From an uncultured delta proteobacterium (GTDB lineage Bacteria > Desulfobacterota > Syntrophorhabdia > Syntrophorhabdales > WCHB1-27): a DNA stretch of 64,000 nt. Within the stretch, counting starts at the first letter, position 1; every line of letters begins with the position of its first letter. This document shows positions 9,069 through 20,200 of this stretch, piece by piece. The notes below the pieces were generated by a model that searched no databases, was not told the origin of the DNA, and saw only the letters and a program-made list of their open reading frames with translations. The position numbers and the translations under genes are program-made. The stretch lies in NCBI GenBank assembly GCA_963810935.1, contig CAWEPK010000008.1:672001-736000 (forward strand), written 5' to 3'.

Positions 9069-10574
9069 ATGGATGCTTTAGTTCACGGAATAGTCATGCT
9101 CCTTACTCCAAAGACCATGTTGACGATAGTCGCCTGTTCCTTTTACGGCCTCTTCGTCGGCTCGATCCCCGGCTTGAGCGCCACGCTGGCGGCCTCCCTG
9201 CTGGTCCCGTTTACTTTTTTTATGGACCCCCTTCCGGCCCTGGTCTCCATCGTGAGCATGTCGGCCATGGCCATCTTTGCGGGCGACATCCCCGCGGCCC
9301 TTATTCGCATCCCGGGAACCCCATCATCCGCCGCCTACACCTACGATTCTTACGCCCTGACGCAGCAAGGGAAATCTCAACTGGTCCTGGGCGCGGACAT
9401 AATGTTTTCCGCTGTCGGCGGTTTGATGGGCGCGGTGGTTTTGATGACCTCGGCGCCGCTTCTGGCCAACGTCGCCATGAATTTCTCGACCTTTGAGTAC
9501 TTCTGGCTCGCTGCCCTGGGGCTCAGTGCTACGGTTATGGTCTCGGCAGACTCGCAGGCGAAAGGCGCCATCGCCATGTGCCTGGGGCTTTTCCTCTCCA
9601 CCATCGGCGTGGACATTACGCTCGGCTATCCCCGTTTCACTTTCGGAAACGTTGACCTTCTGAACGGGGTCTCCTTTATTCCGGCCATGATCGGCGTCTT
9701 CGGGATTTCGGAAGTAATGCGCAACGTCAGCCAAAAGCGGATGGATTTTACGATCCCTAAAGTCCAGACGAAGGGCATTTTTGCAGGCGTCGGACATCTC
9801 TTTAAAAAGTATCAATGGAATATGTGGAGATCCGGGATCATCGGAACGATAATCGGTGTTCTCCCCGGAGCCGGGGCCGATATTGCGGCCTGGATAGCCT
9901 ACGCGGCCTCCAAGAGGGCTTCCAAGGAAAAACACCTGTACGGAAAGGGATCCATCGAGGCGATTGTGGACTCGGGCACGGCGAACAACGCCTGCCTGGC
10001 AGGAGACTGGGTCCCGGCGCTCGTCTTCGGGATCCCGGGGGATTCGATCACGGCCGTCGTTATCGGAGTAATCTTCATGAAGGGGCTTCGCCCGGGGCCG
10101 ATGATCTTCGAGCAACAGCCGGAGATCATATACGGGGTTTACTTCGCCTTTATCGTCGCCAACCTCCTGATGGTCCCCTTCGGCTGGCTGGCGGTAAAGG
10201 TAAGCTCCCAGATGCTCAAAGTCCCCAAGAACGTCCTTATCCCGATAATCCTGATGTTCGCCATAACCGGCGCCTTTGCCATCAACAACGGCGTGTTCGA
10301 CATCGTAACGCTGGGCGTACTGGGCATCGTCGGCTACTTCATGGAAAGGAACGATTATCCGGTGGCCCCAATCGTGCTCGGCCTGGTCCTGGGGCCTATT
10401 CTGGAGCAGAATTTCATGATGAGCATGATCAAAACCGATTGGAACCTGCTCCTCTTCTTCACCCGGCCGATCAGTATGGTTTTAGGAGGCATTACCGTGG
10501 CCATGTGGGGTTTCCCGTTTTTTATGGCCTTTTTGACGAAAGCAAAAACGAAGAATGTCCGTTTGGCGCAGTAA
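9069..10574 (+). CDS. tctA: TTT large membrane subunit
   Basis: GSIPGL, IPGTP, LPGAG, GIPGD, GLRPGP motifs. Confidence 0.92.
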   Translation: MDALVHGIVMLLTPKTMLTIVACSFYGLFVGSIPGLSATLAASLLVPFTFFMDPLPALVSIVSMSAMAIFAGDIPAALIRIPGTPSSAAYTYDSYALTQQGKSQLVLGADIMFSAVGGLMGAVVLMTSAPLLANVAMNFSTFEYFWLAALGLSATVMVSADSQAKGAIAMCLGLFLSTIGVDITLGYPRFTFGNVDLLNGVSFIPAMIGVFGISEVMRNVSQKRMDFTIPKVQTKGIFAGVGHLFKKYQWNMWRSGIIGTIIGVLPGAGADIAAWIAYAASKRASKEKHLYGKGSIEAIVDSGTANNACLAGDWVPALVFGIPGDSITAVVIGVIFMKGLRPGPMIFEQQPEIIYGVYFAFIVANLLMVPFGWLAVKVSSQMLKVPKNVLIPIILMFAITGAFAINNGVFDIVTLGVLGIVGYFMERNDYPVAPIVLGLVLGPILEQNFMMSMIKTDWNLLLFFTRPISMVLGGITVAMWGFPFFMAFLTKAKTKNVRLAQ

Positions 10575-10629
10575 TATATACAGTACGAAGAAACCGGGGG
10601 AATCTTCCCCATGAACGAGGAGGGCACAA

Positions 10630-11587
10630 ATGATAACAAAGGCTTTTTTTAAGAAAGCAGTTGTTTTATCGGCCGTCACCCTGCTTCTTTCCGTTCTTTT
10701 ATGCGCCGGCAGTACTTATGCGGCCGATAAGACCTTTGTTCTGGGCAAGTATCCAACACTGAAATTGGGTTTTACATCCCAGAACCTGGCCAAATGGCTT
10801 CCCAACTCCGTAGACAACCTGAAAAAAGTCATCGACTTCGCGAGCCGGAAAGGGTTCTCATTCATAGAGATCCGCGATGCCAATGTCGGCCTCTCATACG
10901 ACGATGCAAAAAAGATCGCCGCATACGCCAAAAAGAAGAAACTCGAAGTGATTTATGCCATGGGCATGGGCGCGCTGGACAGCAATTATTTCGAATTGTT
11001 TGCGAAGGGCCTGGCGAACACGAGACTGTTCGACGGCCCCCGGTTTGTCAGGACTGCCGCCCCCGGAAAAGAGTTTACGGACGATCCCAAGAAGCAGTTC
11101 TGGACTGCGGCGGAATTCTCGCAGCTCGTCAGGAACCTGAACAAGGCCGGCAACACGGCCGCAATGTTCGGCTATGCGCTCTACGTGGAGAACGCCTTCG
11201 ACGGGCTGAAGGGCGACGGCGCAAACACGTTCGGCACGGCCGATCTCTTTGGGCCGAAGGGCGTCAACTCGAATGTCGGCTTACAGACTCGACACCGGCA
11301 ACTTCTTCTGTACCTCCCGCGCGGAGAACACCCCCACAGACGTCAAGACGTTTTTCGAGTCAGCCGTTAAAAGGATGGGGTACACCCACCTGAAGAGTTC
11401 CATCGACAAGAAACCGGCGCAAGTCCTGAATGGCAACGAAGTGCCGTTCGAGACCTTTTTCACCGCGCTTGCAAAGAACGGTAAAGTTTACGTAGCAATC
11501 GAGCTTGCCAATGCCGACACGCTGGAGAACGCGTATCTCAATCACCAGAAGAGCATTGACTATTTGCGTAAGAACTTCTCGAAGTAG
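10630..11587 (+). CDS. Exported sugar-phosphate isomerase/epimerase-like TIM-barrel protein (apparent frameshift at about 11287)
   Basis: Signal peptide; YVEN; restored GLQLDTGN; THLK; AIEL metal-binding motifs. Confidence 0.75.
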
Positions 11588-11622
11588 TCGTTCCATCATA
11601 ATTTCCCCCTTTGGGGAGGAGG

Positions 11623-12450
11623 ATGATGCAACTAACGCGGCATCGAACGGACCAGGGCACACGTTGGGCAAAGGACGGTTTTTTTCTGCCGCCGGAGCTC
11701 ACGCTGAGCACACTCCTCGAAAATCAGCGTGAGGCGATGGCGCAACAACTGACGGACCTGCCATGCAATGAGCCGGCCAACGGCGAATTGCTCGCGCCGG
11801 TCGATCCGCTGCACGAAGTGTGGGCGGCGGGCGTCACGTACCTGCGGAGCCTCGATGCGCGCCGCATTGAATCCCAGGTCGCCAATGTTTATGACCGCGT
11901 GTACGAAGCCGAGCGCCCCCAGCTTTTTTTCAAGGCGCCGGGGTGGCGCGTTGTCGGCACCGGCGCACCGATCCGAATCCGGGCCGACAGCCGGTGGAAC
12001 GTACCGGAGCCGGAGCTGGTCATCGTGATCAATCGTCATCGCGAGATCGTCGGCTATTGCGCCGGGAACGATGTCTCGTCGCGCGACATTGAAGGCGAGA
12101 ACCCGCTCTACTTGCAGCAGGCCAAAGTCTACGACGGCTCGTGCAGCCTGGGGCATGGCATCGTGATTTGCGGAGCGCATGAAATCAGCGACGTGCCGAT
12201 TCGGCTGAAAATCGAGCGCGGCGGTGCAACCATGTTCGAGGGCGGGATAACCACCGCAACGATGAAGCGAACGCTGGCGGAGCTGGCGGAATACCTGACC
12301 CGCGAGCTTTATTTTCCGCACGGCGTTTTCCTGATGACGGGGACGTGTCTCGTGCCCGGCAGCGAATTCACATTGCAGCCTGACGATCTCGTTCACATTC
12401 AAGTCGGCCCGTTGACGATCGAGAACCACGTTGCGGATCCGCGCGGGTAA
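11623..12450 (+). CDS. Fumarylacetoacetate-hydrolase family protein (2-keto-3-deoxy sugar-acid dehydratase-like)
   Basis: EVWAAGVTY, PEPEL, GNDVSSRDIEGENPLYL, LMTGT. Confidence 0.88.
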   Translation: MMQLTRHRTDQGTRWAKDGFFLPPELTLSTLLENQREAMAQQLTDLPCNEPANGELLAPVDPLHEVWAAGVTYLRSLDARRIESQVANVYDRVYEAERPQLFFKAPGWRVVGTGAPIRIRADSRWNVPEPELVIVINRHREIVGYCAGNDVSSRDIEGENPLYLQQAKVYDGSCSLGHGIVICGAHEISDVPIRLKIERGGATMFEGGITTATMKRTLAELAEYLTRELYFPHGVFLMTGTCLVPGSEFTLQPDDLVHIQVGPLTIENHVADPRG

Positions 12451-12520
12451 TGTGCCTGGGCGGATGAGATAGAATAATTCGGAGGTCACAATGAAAGCGG
12501 GATTGAAGGAGGAGGGAGGA

Positions 12521-13660
12521 ATGACAAACGTAAGGCGCATATTATCGGTTGTTTGCTTATCTGTCATGATCGCGGCAATCGCCGGCATCGGCGTTGCGGC
12601 GGCGGATGATACGATACGGATCGGGTTTACCCCGCCTATCACGGGCGTGCACGCGGCAGGCGGATCGCTACAGGTCAAGTCTATCCAGTTGGCCCTCAAG
12701 GAGATCAATGCAGCCGGCGGGATAAACGGGAAGAAGATAGACCTCCGGATCATCGACAACCAGTCCTCTAACCCCGGCGCACTGGCAGCGCTGCAGAAGG
12801 CCGTGGAACAGGAGAAGGTGCTGGCCCTGGTCGGCTACCTTTACAGCACCCAGGTCTTTGCGACGTCGGACGCCATCAAAAACTATCGCATCCCGGCTAT
12901 CGTCGGCGCCACCAATGTCAACATCACCAGGCAGGGAAACCCCTGGCTGTTCCGCACGCGGCCGGATGACTCCATAGCCGCAAGCGCCATGGTGAAATAC
13001 ATCAAGGAAAACACCAAGCTGACCAGGATCGGACTTCTGCACGATACGGACGCCTTCGGCACCGGCGGTGCAGACCTGGTGGAGAAAGGCGCAAAGGAGC
13101 TGGGGCTGACGATTGTAAGGCGCGAGAAGTGCACGACCGCGACGAAGGACTTTACCGCCGAGCTATTGGCCATGAAGAACGCAGGCGCGCAGGTCCTGAT
13201 CTATTACGGCCACGAAGAAGCTACTGCGTTGCTCCAGCGCCAGATGCGCCAGTTAGGCTCTCCCTTCAAGTTCCTCGGCTCGCCCAGCGCCGCATCGAAA
13301 GACAGCCTGAACCTCGCCAAGGAGGCCGCAGAGGGGATTTGGGCCGTGGTCGACTTCGTGCCGGGGCAGACCGAGGAAAACAGGCGTTATGCCGATGCCT
13401 ACAGGAAGGAGTTCAACCTGGATTATGACAGCTTGAGCGTCTGGACTTATGACGGCCTGAAGATCCTGGCCAACGCCATCAAAAAAGGCGGGGAAGACCG
13501 CGACAAAATCCGCCAGGCCATCCTGGCCACTCAAGGGTATAAGGGCGCCCAGGGCACTTTTTCCTTCACCCCGAACGGCGACGGCCTGACTGAGGTAAGT
13601 GTTGTCCAGATCGAGAAGGGAAAACCGAAGCTCCTGAAGATCATCAACGTGAAGAAATAA
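12521..13660 (+). CDS. Branched-chain-type ABC transporter substrate-binding protein
   Basis: Signal peptide, EINAAGGING, FRTRPDD, YDG. Confidence 0.88.
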   Translation: MTNVRRILSVVCLSVMIAAIAGIGVAAADDTIRIGFTPPITGVHAAGGSLQVKSIQLALKEINAAGGINGKKIDLRIIDNQSSNPGALAALQKAVEQEKVLALVGYLYSTQVFATSDAIKNYRIPAIVGATNVNITRQGNPWLFRTRPDDSIAASAMVKYIKENTKLTRIGLLHDTDAFGTGGADLVEKGAKELGLTIVRREKCTTATKDFTAELLAMKNAGAQVLIYYGHEEATALLQRQMRQLGSPFKFLGSPSAASKDSLNLAKEAAEGIWAVVDFVPGQTEENRRYADAYRKEFNLDYDSLSVWTYDGLKILANAIKKGGEDRDKIRQAILATQGYKGAQGTFSFTPNGDGLTEVSVVQIEKGKPKLLKIINVKK

Positions 13661-13667
13661 ACTTCTC

Positions 13668-13703
13668 GTGAGCGCCCGGATAGTAATCCATCCGGGCGCT
13701 CAC
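13668..13703 (+). terminator. Strong intergenic hairpin after the binding-protein gene (terminator or mRNA stabiliser)
   Basis: GTGAGCGCCCGGAT-loop-ATCCGGGCGCTCAC. Confidence 0.55.
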
Positions 13704-13883
13704 GGCGGACTTAAAGGGAAAGGGCATTTTGGTGAAGGAGGATATCCCTGTCCCTCACAAAATTGCCCTGCGAAGAATCGAGAAGGGCCGGCCGAAGCTC
13801 CTGAAGATTATCAGCGTGGGAAGGTATTCCGTCCGGCGGCATGGATAGTGCCGGGACCGGGCGCCTCCAGGGAGGGTTTTTGA

Positions 13884-14765
13884 ATGTTTTGGTCTACAAA
13901 TCTTCAAATGGTAGTCGCAGGTCTGGCTATGGGCTCGATATACGCCCTGGTCGCCCTGGGGTTTGTCCTGATCTTCAATGCAGTCAACGTCGTAAACTTC
14001 GCTCAGGGAGAGTTTGCGATGGTCCCGGCTTTCGTAGCGGTATGGCTGCTGATCAGCCTGAAGATTCCCTTTCCCCTGGCCTGCGTGATCACGGCCGTCT
14101 TCATGGGTGCTTTCGGCATCCTCTTCCAGCGTATCGCTTACTATCCGTTACGGAACCGTAGCTTTCTGCCGGTCATCATCAGCACCATCGGAGTCGGCAT
14201 CTTCCTGAAGAACGGGGCCCAGTTGACGTTCGGCGCGGAGCCGTTGTCGATGCCGCGACCGACCTCTCCGGACGCGGTTAACATGTTAGGGGTCCTCGTG
14301 GACCCCCAGTACATTGTGATTATCATCTGCACCCTGGCACTCCTTGGTTTCCAGTACTTCCTGTTCGAAAAAACATTGCTCGGCAAAAAAATGCTCGCAA
14401 CGGCGCAGGACAAGGAGATGGCCCGGCTTCTGGGCATCAGGGTCGCAACTATGATCGCCATTACCTTTGCCTATAGCTCGATTCTGGGGGCGGCGGCCGG
14501 GATCCTTGTCGGGCCCATTTTCTTCGTGACCAAAGACATGGGAGCCATGATCGGGCTCAAGGCGTTCTGTTCGGCCATTGTCGGAGGATTCGGGAGCATC
14601 CCCGGTGCAGTCCTCGGGGGCATTTTTCTGGGGGTGATTGAGGTGTTCGCTTCTTATTACATCTCCAGCGCCTATCGCGACGCCTTTGCCTTTATGATCC
14701 TGATTCTTGTTCTTCTTCTGCGCCCGCAGGGCTTCTTCGGCGAGAAAATCGCCGAGAAAGCGTAG
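13884..14765 (+). CDS. livH: ABC permease, LivH-like
   Basis: GSIYALVALG, NFAQGE, GGFGSIPG, RPQG. Confidence 0.88.
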   Translation: MFWSTNLQMVVAGLAMGSIYALVALGFVLIFNAVNVVNFAQGEFAMVPAFVAVWLLISLKIPFPLACVITAVFMGAFGILFQRIAYYPLRNRSFLPVIISTIGVGIFLKNGAQLTFGAEPLSMPRPTSPDAVNMLGVLVDPQYIVIIICTLALLGFQYFLFEKTLLGKKMLATAQDKEMARLLGIRVATMIAITFAYSSILGAAAGILVGPIFFVTKDMGAMIGLKAFCSAIVGGFGSIPGAVLGGIFLGVIEVFASYYISSAYRDAFAFMILILVLLLRPQGFFGEKIAEKA

Positions 14766-14768
14766 GGG

Positions 14769-16614
14769 GTGCTAAAGATGAACGCAACCACAAAAAAACT
14801 GCTCATCCCCGTTGTGCTGGTCGTCGCTGTTATTCTCCTTCCCCACGTGGTGACGAGCAGCTACTGGCTGAACCTGATCAACCTCTGCGCCAGCCTTTCG
14901 ATCGCCTGCCTCGGGCTGAACATCGTCCTGGGATACGCCGGGCAGCTATCGCTCGCCCAGGCGGCGTTCTGGGGCGTTGGGGCCTATACCTCGGCCATCC
15001 TCACAACCCATTTCGGCCTGCCCGTTTGGGTGGGTATGTTCGCCGCCTTCTTCGTGGCGGCCTTATTTGGGGTCCTGCTGGGCATCCCCACCCTCAAGCT
15101 CTCCGGCCACTATCTGGCCATGGCGACGATAGGGTTTGGGATCATCTTACAGCTAATATTGGTCAACGAGATCTGGCTTACGAACGGCTCCGACGGGATC
15201 ACCAAGATACCCTCGCCCTCGATAGGCTCCTTCGAGCTTAAGGACCCGGCGGACTTCTTCTACCTGGCGGCCATAGCGCTCATATTCTTTACGTGGGGCG
15301 CCCTCCACCTGGCGGACTCCCGTGTGGGACGGGCAATGCAGGCCATTCGGGAGAATGAAATGGCCGCAGGGACAACGGGCGTGGACACGACCTATTACAA
15401 GGTCGTGGCCTTCTCGCTTTCTGCCGGTTTCGCGGGCTTCGGCGGTTGGCTGTTCGCTCATAGCGGCTCGCATTACATCAGTCCTGATACCTTCTCCTTC
15501 GAGCAGTCGGTAATCATACTGGTTATGGCAGTGCTGGGCGGGAACGGCTCGGCCATCGGCTCCATAGTGGGCGCCACGCTGCTGACGCTGTTGCCGGAGG
15601 TACTGCGGTTCCTGAAAGACTCTTACATGATGTTCTACGCCGCCGGTATCGTGGTCATCATGATTTTTATGCCCAGCGGCATCGCCGGGCTGGTGAAGAA
15701 CATCCCCATCACCATGAGACTGCGGGACTGGTGGCTGTCCGGTTCCACGGCGGCCCGGCAGATTGCGGCAGATATGTCCGCCTCGAACGATGCAGGGCCG
15801 GCCTCCTGTTCCTTTAAAATCGCGGACTGTTCGGGATCGGGCGAGGTACTGCTGACCGTCAAGGCCCTGGCGAAGCACTTTGGCGGGCTCAAGGCGGTGG
15901 ACGGTGTGGACATGCAAGTCCGGCGCGGCGAGATCCAGGCGCTCATCGGACCGAACGGTTCAGGCAAAACGACAATCCTCAATATGCTCAGCGGCCTCTA
16001 TGTCCCTTCCGCCGGGGAGATCATGCTTGAGGGGAAGTCGATTGGCGGGCAGAAACCGCATATCATCACATCCCTCGGCATAGCCCGAACGTACCAGAAC
16101 ATACGGCTGTTCGGAGATCTGACGGTACTTGAGAACCTCCTGATAGGCCAGCATTCCCAATCAAGGTCCGGCCTCGCGTCGAGTATTTTTCAACCACCCT
16201 CGCAAAAGGCGGAAGAGGCCGGCATGCGGACAAAGGCAGTGGAGTCTGCTTAGATTCGTCGGCCTCAGGGGCAAGGAGTTCGCTCAGTCCAGCAGTCTGC
16301 CGTACGGCCAGCAGCGATTGCTGGAGCTGGCGCGCGCGCTGGCCTCGAACCCCAAGCTTCTACTTTTGGACGAGCCGGCAGCCGGCTTGAATGCCGCCGA
16401 AACCGAAAAGCTTGTAGAGCTGCTGTTTAAGATATGTAAAGAGGGCATTACCATATTGCTGGTCGAGCACGACATGAGCCTGGTTATGAATGTCTCCGAC
16501 CATATTACGGTCCTGAACTTCGGAAAAAAGATTGCGGAAGGGCCCGCAGAGGTAGTCGAGAAGAACCAGGAAGTGATCGACGCCTATCTGGGAACGGAGG
16601 TAGGGAATGCTTAA
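14769..16614 (+). CDS. LivM-LivG permease/ATPase fusion (apparent frameshift at about 16245)
   Basis: LivM TM domain, Walker A GPNGSGKT; restored VELLRFVG...LPYGQQRLLELARAL...LLDEP. Confidence 0.85.
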
Positions 16615-17371
16615 GATTCAGGGAATCGAAACCTGGTACGGCGCCATTCAGGCCTTGAAGGGCATCTCGCTCGACGTAAAACAGGGAGAGATCGTGGCCC
16701 TGCTCGGTGCAAACGGCGCCGGCAAGAGCACGACCATCAGGACGATCACCGGCATCCTGAAACCGTCAAAGGGGAAAATCGAGTTTCTGGGCAAGGACAT
16801 CACCGGGATGGATGCAGAGTCGATCGCGAAGATCGGCATCGCCTGCGTTCCGGAGGGGCGGCACATCTTTCCGGGCCTCTCCGTCATGGACAACCTGATG
16901 CTCGGGTCGACGCCGCGCGGGCGCGTATCCCGTGGGGAAATCCGCGAAGGCCTCGACCAGGTTTTCGGGATTTTCCCGATGTTGGGGGAGTTCAAAAATC
17001 GTCCCGGCTGGCAGTTGTCCGGCGGCCAGCAGCAGATGCTCGCCATAGGGCGGGGGCTGATGTCCAAATCGAAGATCCTGCTGCTGGATGAGCCGTCGCT
17101 GGGCCTCGCGCCGGTCCTGGTGCAAGAGGTGTTCAGGGTAATCCAGGAGATTAATAAGACGGGTACGACCATCCTGCTGGTGGAGCAGAACGCCCGGATG
17201 GCCCTTTTGATCGCCAACCGCGGCTTTGTGCTGGAAACGGGCAGGATGATGCTGAACGATACGGCGGCCAACCTGCTGTCGAACGAAGATATGAAAGAAC
17301 ACTACCTGGGCGGCCATGCCCACATCAAAGAGGCGCGCCAGCGCCGGCGCGATGAGAAGGCAGGGGTTTGA
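16607..17371 (+). CDS. livF: ABC ATPase, LivF-like
   Basis: GANGAGKS, LSGGQQQM, LLDEPSLGLAP. Confidence 0.9.
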   Translation: MLKIQGIETWYGAIQALKGISLDVKQGEIVALLGANGAGKSTTIRTITGILKPSKGKIEFLGKDITGMDAESIAKIGIACVPEGRHIFPGLSVMDNLMLGSTPRGRVSRGEIREGLDQVFGIFPMLGEFKNRPGWQLSGGQQQMLAIGRGLMSKSKILLLDEPSLGLAPVLVQEVFRVIQEINKTGTTILLVEQNARMALLIANRGFVLETGRMMLNDTAANLLSNEDMKEHYLGGHAHIKEARQRRRDEKAGV

Positions 17372-17374
17372 TTG

Positions 17375-18868
17375 ATGGACGTGGTTCGGATCAATGAAAA
17401 GGACCCGGTGGTCGTTGCGCCAACGGGCTTGCGCAAGGGAGAGTCGGTCAATGTTGCCGGGCGGGAAATATCGGTCCTGAACGATATCCCCCCCTGCCAC
17501 AAAATGGCTGTTGAGGACATCACAGCCGGAAGCAGGGTGCTCAAATACGGCTGCCCCTTTGGCGTCGCGACAAAAGATATCCGGCAGGGGCAATGGGTAC
17601 ACACGCATAACGTCCGCACGGAGCTGGAAGGGGTATTATCATACCGCTACGAGCCCCGGCTGGAAGGAGCAAAGGCAGGGGAAGAGGAAGAGCAATATTT
17701 TCAGGGCTATTTGCGCAAAGACAACCAGGCGGGGATAAGGAACTACATCTTTGTCATCCCCACGGTCCAATGCGCGAATGCTACGGCGCAGAAGATCGCC
17801 GACGGGGCCAACATGCTTTTCCCTGCATCCGATTATTTCGACGGCTTCATTGTGCTGCCTCATGCCTATGGTTGTTGCCAGGCAGGAGACGATCTGCTGA
17901 ACACCCAGGAAATTCTGGCCGGCCTGGCGCGCAATCCGAATGCCGGCGGGACGCTTTTCCTGAGCCTTGGTTGTGAAGTAAATGCACCTTCGGTTTTCGG
18001 GCCGGTCCTTGGAGACGTTGACCCCGATGCAGTAAAAATCCTCATCATGCAGGAAGTGGGAGACGAGATTGAAGAGGGGCTCAGACGCTGTGAGGAAATC
18101 TACGAATACGTAAGTGCGTTCCGGCGCACATCCGTCCTGTTTTCCAAACTGGTTGCAGGCGTCAACTGCGGCGGCTCCGACGGCCTGTCGGGGATTACCG
18201 CGAATCCACTGGTGGGTGAGGTGAGCAGTATGATCATCCGCCGGGGCGGCGGTGTGATCATGACAGAGGTCCCCGAGATGTTCGGGGCGGAACAATTTTT
18301 GATGAACCGCGCCCAGGATGAAAAGGTTTACGGCGCGATCGTAAGGATGATAAACGACTACAAGGCATACTTTGAAAGCCACGGTGAATCGGCAACAGGC
18401 AACCTGACTCAGGGCAACCAGGCGGGGGGTCTGACGACGCTGGAAGAAAAATCACTGGGATGCATACAAAAAGGCGGCACGGCCGTCGTGACCGACGTGT
18501 TGCTTTCGGGCCGGCGGTATCGCAAGGCCGGCCTTGTATTGCTAAGCGGCGCGGGCAACGATTTCATCGGGGTCACGCAGCAGATCGCCGCAGGGTGTAA
18601 CCTTATCATATTTACCACCGGACGCGGTACGCCCGGTGGATTCGCCGCCCCGACGTTCCGGATCTCTTCCAATACGCAGCTTTACGAACGGAAGAAGCAC
18701 TGGATCGACTTTGACGCCGGTGTTCTGCTCCACGGGCGCGACATCAAAGAGACGGCGGTTTCCTTATATGACAGGATTGTGAAGACGATCAACGGAGAGT
18801 ACCATACCCGCAATGAAGTGAATAAATACTTCGAGATCGGGATCTTCAAACGGGGCGTCACGATATAG
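17375..18868 (+). CDS. uxaA: UxaA/GarD-family (altronate-type) dehydratase
   Basis: SAF domain, CGGSDG, GGLTTLEEKSLG, FTTGRG. Confidence 0.88.
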   Translation: MDVVRINEKDPVVVAPTGLRKGESVNVAGREISVLNDIPPCHKMAVEDITAGSRVLKYGCPFGVATKDIRQGQWVHTHNVRTELEGVLSYRYEPRLEGAKAGEEEEQYFQGYLRKDNQAGIRNYIFVIPTVQCANATAQKIADGANMLFPASDYFDGFIVLPHAYGCCQAGDDLLNTQEILAGLARNPNAGGTLFLSLGCEVNAPSVFGPVLGDVDPDAVKILIMQEVGDEIEEGLRRCEEIYEYVSAFRRTSVLFSKLVAGVNCGGSDGLSGITANPLVGEVSSMIIRRGGGVIMTEVPEMFGAEQFLMNRAQDEKVYGAIVRMINDYKAYFESHGESATGNLTQGNQAGGLTTLEEKSLGCIQKGGTAVVTDVLLSGRRYRKAGLVLLSGAGNDFIGVTQQIAAGCNLIIFTTGRGTPGGFAAPTFRISSNTQLYERKKHWIDFDAGVLLHGRDIKETAVSLYDRIVKTINGEYHTRNEVNKYFEIGIFKRGVTI

Positions 18869-18888
18869 GTTTGAGACCGTGAGGCCAC

Positions 18889-20184
18889 ATGGGCGAAGGT
18901 GACAGGAAGATGGAATCGTTGGATTTAACGCGGTTTGCCTCAGTTGCGATGCCGAGGTTCGTAAAGGTAAGGCAGCACTTTGCGAAAGAACGGGTCGGCG
19001 ATGTTGCAAAAGAAGTCAGCACGCAGTTAGCGCCGCACTTGACCAACCTCCGGGGAAAAAAGATCGCAATCGGGATAGGGAGCCGGGGAATTGCCGATAT
19101 CGGGGCGATAGCCAGGACGCTCGTCGATGAATTAAACAGGGCGGGGGCCGAGCCATTGATAATCCCTACTATGGGCAGTCATGGAGGGGCAACGCCCCAC
19201 GGGCAGATGGAAGTTCTGGCGTCTTACGGGATTACGCCGGAAAGCATGGGCGTGCCGTTTGACGCCTCTATGGAAGCGGAGCGCATCGGGGACCTTGGAC
19301 CGGAGCTTCCCATCTATGTGGCCGAAAGCGCGCTGCAAGCGGACGGCATCGTCGTGATTGCCCGCGTGAAGCCCCATACCGCCTTTCGGGGCGCGATCGA
19401 AAGCGGCGTGGCGAAGATGCTGACAATCGGGATAGGCAAGCAGATCGGGGCCGATTCCATGCACCACCAGGGCTTTGAGCGTTTCGCGGAGATGGTCCCC
19501 AGAATGGCGCAGGCGGTCGTCGAAAAAACCAAAGTGCTGTTCGCCCTGGGTATTGTCGAAAATGCCTACGAGCAAGTTTACAGGATCGAGGCGTTTTCCC
19601 GCGAAGACATCATGGCTATGGAAAAGGAGAAGGCCCTGCTCGAGGAAAGTAAGAGGATTATGGGACGCCTCCTTTTTCCCGAGTTCGATGTACTGGTGAT
19701 AGAAGAGATCGGAAAGGATGTCAGCGGGGACGGCCAGGACCCTAATGTCACGGGCTTATACATAACCGACTGCTGCAGCGGCGGTCCGCAATTTCAAAAA
19801 AGCGTCATATTCGGCTTGTCCGAGGAAACCCACGGTAATGCCTATGGTATGGGTTGCGCAGACGTTATCACACGAGGCCTGTTCGACAGTATAGATTTTA
19901 TCAAGACGTATACCAACGCCCTGACCAGCACGGTCTTGTTGCCGGCAAAAGTACCCATGGTTGCTGAAAGCAAAGAGGACGCGTTGCGTATCGCTCTCAA
20001 GGTCTGTAACCATGTAACCTCCGGGAAGCAGCGGATCGTATGGATCAGGAACACCGTTGCGCTGGATGAAATCGTGATCAGCGACGCCTTGCTGGAAGAG
20101 GCGAAGGCGCATCCCCAAATAGAGGTCCTGACGCAAGCCGCCGATATCGCGTTCCGGCAAGGAGAACCTGTATTTCCCTGGTAG
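18889..20184 (+). CDS. LarA-like (lactate racemase N-terminal domain / DUF2088-type) protein
   Basis: GSRGI, PTMGSHGG, RVKPHT, IGKDVSGDGQDPN motifs. Confidence 0.75.
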   Translation: MGEGDRKMESLDLTRFASVAMPRFVKVRQHFAKERVGDVAKEVSTQLAPHLTNLRGKKIAIGIGSRGIADIGAIARTLVDELNRAGAEPLIIPTMGSHGGATPHGQMEVLASYGITPESMGVPFDASMEAERIGDLGPELPIYVAESALQADGIVVIARVKPHTAFRGAIESGVAKMLTIGIGKQIGADSMHHQGFERFAEMVPRMAQAVVEKTKVLFALGIVENAYEQVYRIEAFSREDIMAMEKEKALLEESKRIMGRLLFPEFDVLVIEEIGKDVSGDGQDPNVTGLYITDCCSGGPQFQKSVIFGLSEETHGNAYGMGCADVITRGLFDSIDFIKTYTNALTSTVLLPAKVPMVAESKEDALRIALKVCNHVTSGKQRIVWIRNTVALDEIVISDALLEEAKAHPQIEVLTQAADIAFRQGEPVFPW

Positions 20185-20200
20185 AAAGGTCGAGTGAAAG

